A DNA stretch of 64,000 bases, taken from contig NW_027139612.1 of assembly GCF_035084215.1 (NCBI RefSeq), positions 5,890,001 through 5,954,000 of the forward strand, in the 5' to 3' direction. The DNA comes from Heptranchias perlo. Its lineage: Eukaryota. The position numbers and the translations under genes are program-made. Positions 63,075-64,000 of this stretch are shown here, piece by piece. Every line of letters starts with the position of its first letter. The first letter of the stretch is position 1. The notes beneath the pieces are model-generated. The model made no database searches, was not told the origin of the DNA, and worked only from the letters and a program-made list of their open reading frames with translations.

Positions 63075-64000
63075 ATTATTAATATAGAAATCCGACAGGC
63101 ATTTGATAAGATTCCACACAAGAGACTGTTCGCAAAAATGAAAGCGCATGAAACTTGAGTCAAATTATTGACATGGGGAGAGAATTGGTTCGCAGATAGG
63201 AGACAGAGAGTAGGGATAATGGGTACATACTCCAATTGGCAGGATGCGACTTGTGGTGTCCCCCAGGGATCTGTAACTGGGGTCTCAGCTTGTCATTATA
63301 TTTATCAATGACTGAGATGAAGGAACAGAGAGTCGTATATCCAAGTTTGCTGATGACACTAAGTTAGGTGGTACAGTAAGTAGTGTGGAATGCGAGTTGA
63401 AAGTTACAAAGGGACATTGATAGATTAAGTGAGTGGGCAAAACTATGGCAGATGGAGTTCAATGTGGGGTAATCCACTTTGGACCTATGGTCAGGGTATT
63501 TTCCAAATGGTAAGAAGCTCGGAACTGTGGAGAAGCAGAGAGAATTAACGGTTCATTTACATAAATCAGTAAAAGCTAACGGACGGGTCCAAAAATAATT
63601 TAAAAGACTAACGGAGTGTTAACCTTTATCTCAGGGGGCTGGAATATAAAGAAGTGGAATGTATGTTGCAGTTATATAAAGCTCTGTTTAGCCTGCGTCT
63701 GGAGTAACTGCGTTCAGTTTTGGACACTGCACCTCAGGAAGGATAGATTGACCTTTGAGGGGGTGCAGAGCAGATTGACCAGAATGTTATCGGGGCGAAA
63801 AGGGTTAAATTATGACGACAGGCTGCGTATTCCCTCGAGTATAGAAGATTGAGGGGCGGTCTGAGCGAGATGTTTAACATGTTTAAATGATTCGATAGAA
63901 TCGAGAGAGAGAGAGAATCAATTTCCTCTGGGGAATCAAGAACGAGGGGGACATAAGCTTAAAATTAGAACCATGCAACTCAGGTTCGAAATCAGGAAGC
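63075..64000 (+). mobile_element. Degenerate CR1 LINE ORF2 (RT to C-terminus), continues past the window edge
   Basis: GGCATTTGATAAGATTCCACAC, GGTGTCCCCCAGGGATCTGT, CCAAGTTTGCTGATGACACTAAGTTAGG and CVQFWTLHLRKD, with multiple frameshifts. Confidence 0.88.

Overview
Vertebrate genomic DNA, most likely a cartilaginous fish (inferred from the CR1 3' tails and other repeat termini). It has four zones. (1) 1-29027: a CpG-rich 30-bp satellite of about 970 monomers (consensus GCGGGCACACGTGTTTGCGTCCGCACATCT), quasi-palindromic, with nested higher-order duplications. All long ORFs here are repeat artefacts. (2) 29028-32004: a degenerate minisatellite, two in-phase candidate coding exons of an unidentified minus-strand gene (placing the satellite in an intron), a YY1-like motif cluster and a CR1 LINE 3' fragment. 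(3) 32005-55050: a tandem array of ~1.3-kb units carrying 18 minus-strand tRNA-Ala copies. Twelve have anticodon TGC and six have AGC on the same tRNA body, and many are damaged. Each unit also carries an intron-containing tRNA-Tyr remnant. (4) 55051-64000: older rearranged unit copies (a 19th Ala copy, a full-length Tyr pseudogene), two tRNA-Lys(CTT) pieces in permuted order, an intact tRNA-Trp(CCA), two tRNA-Val pseudogenes and many CR1/LINE fragments. No complete protein-coding gene is visible.
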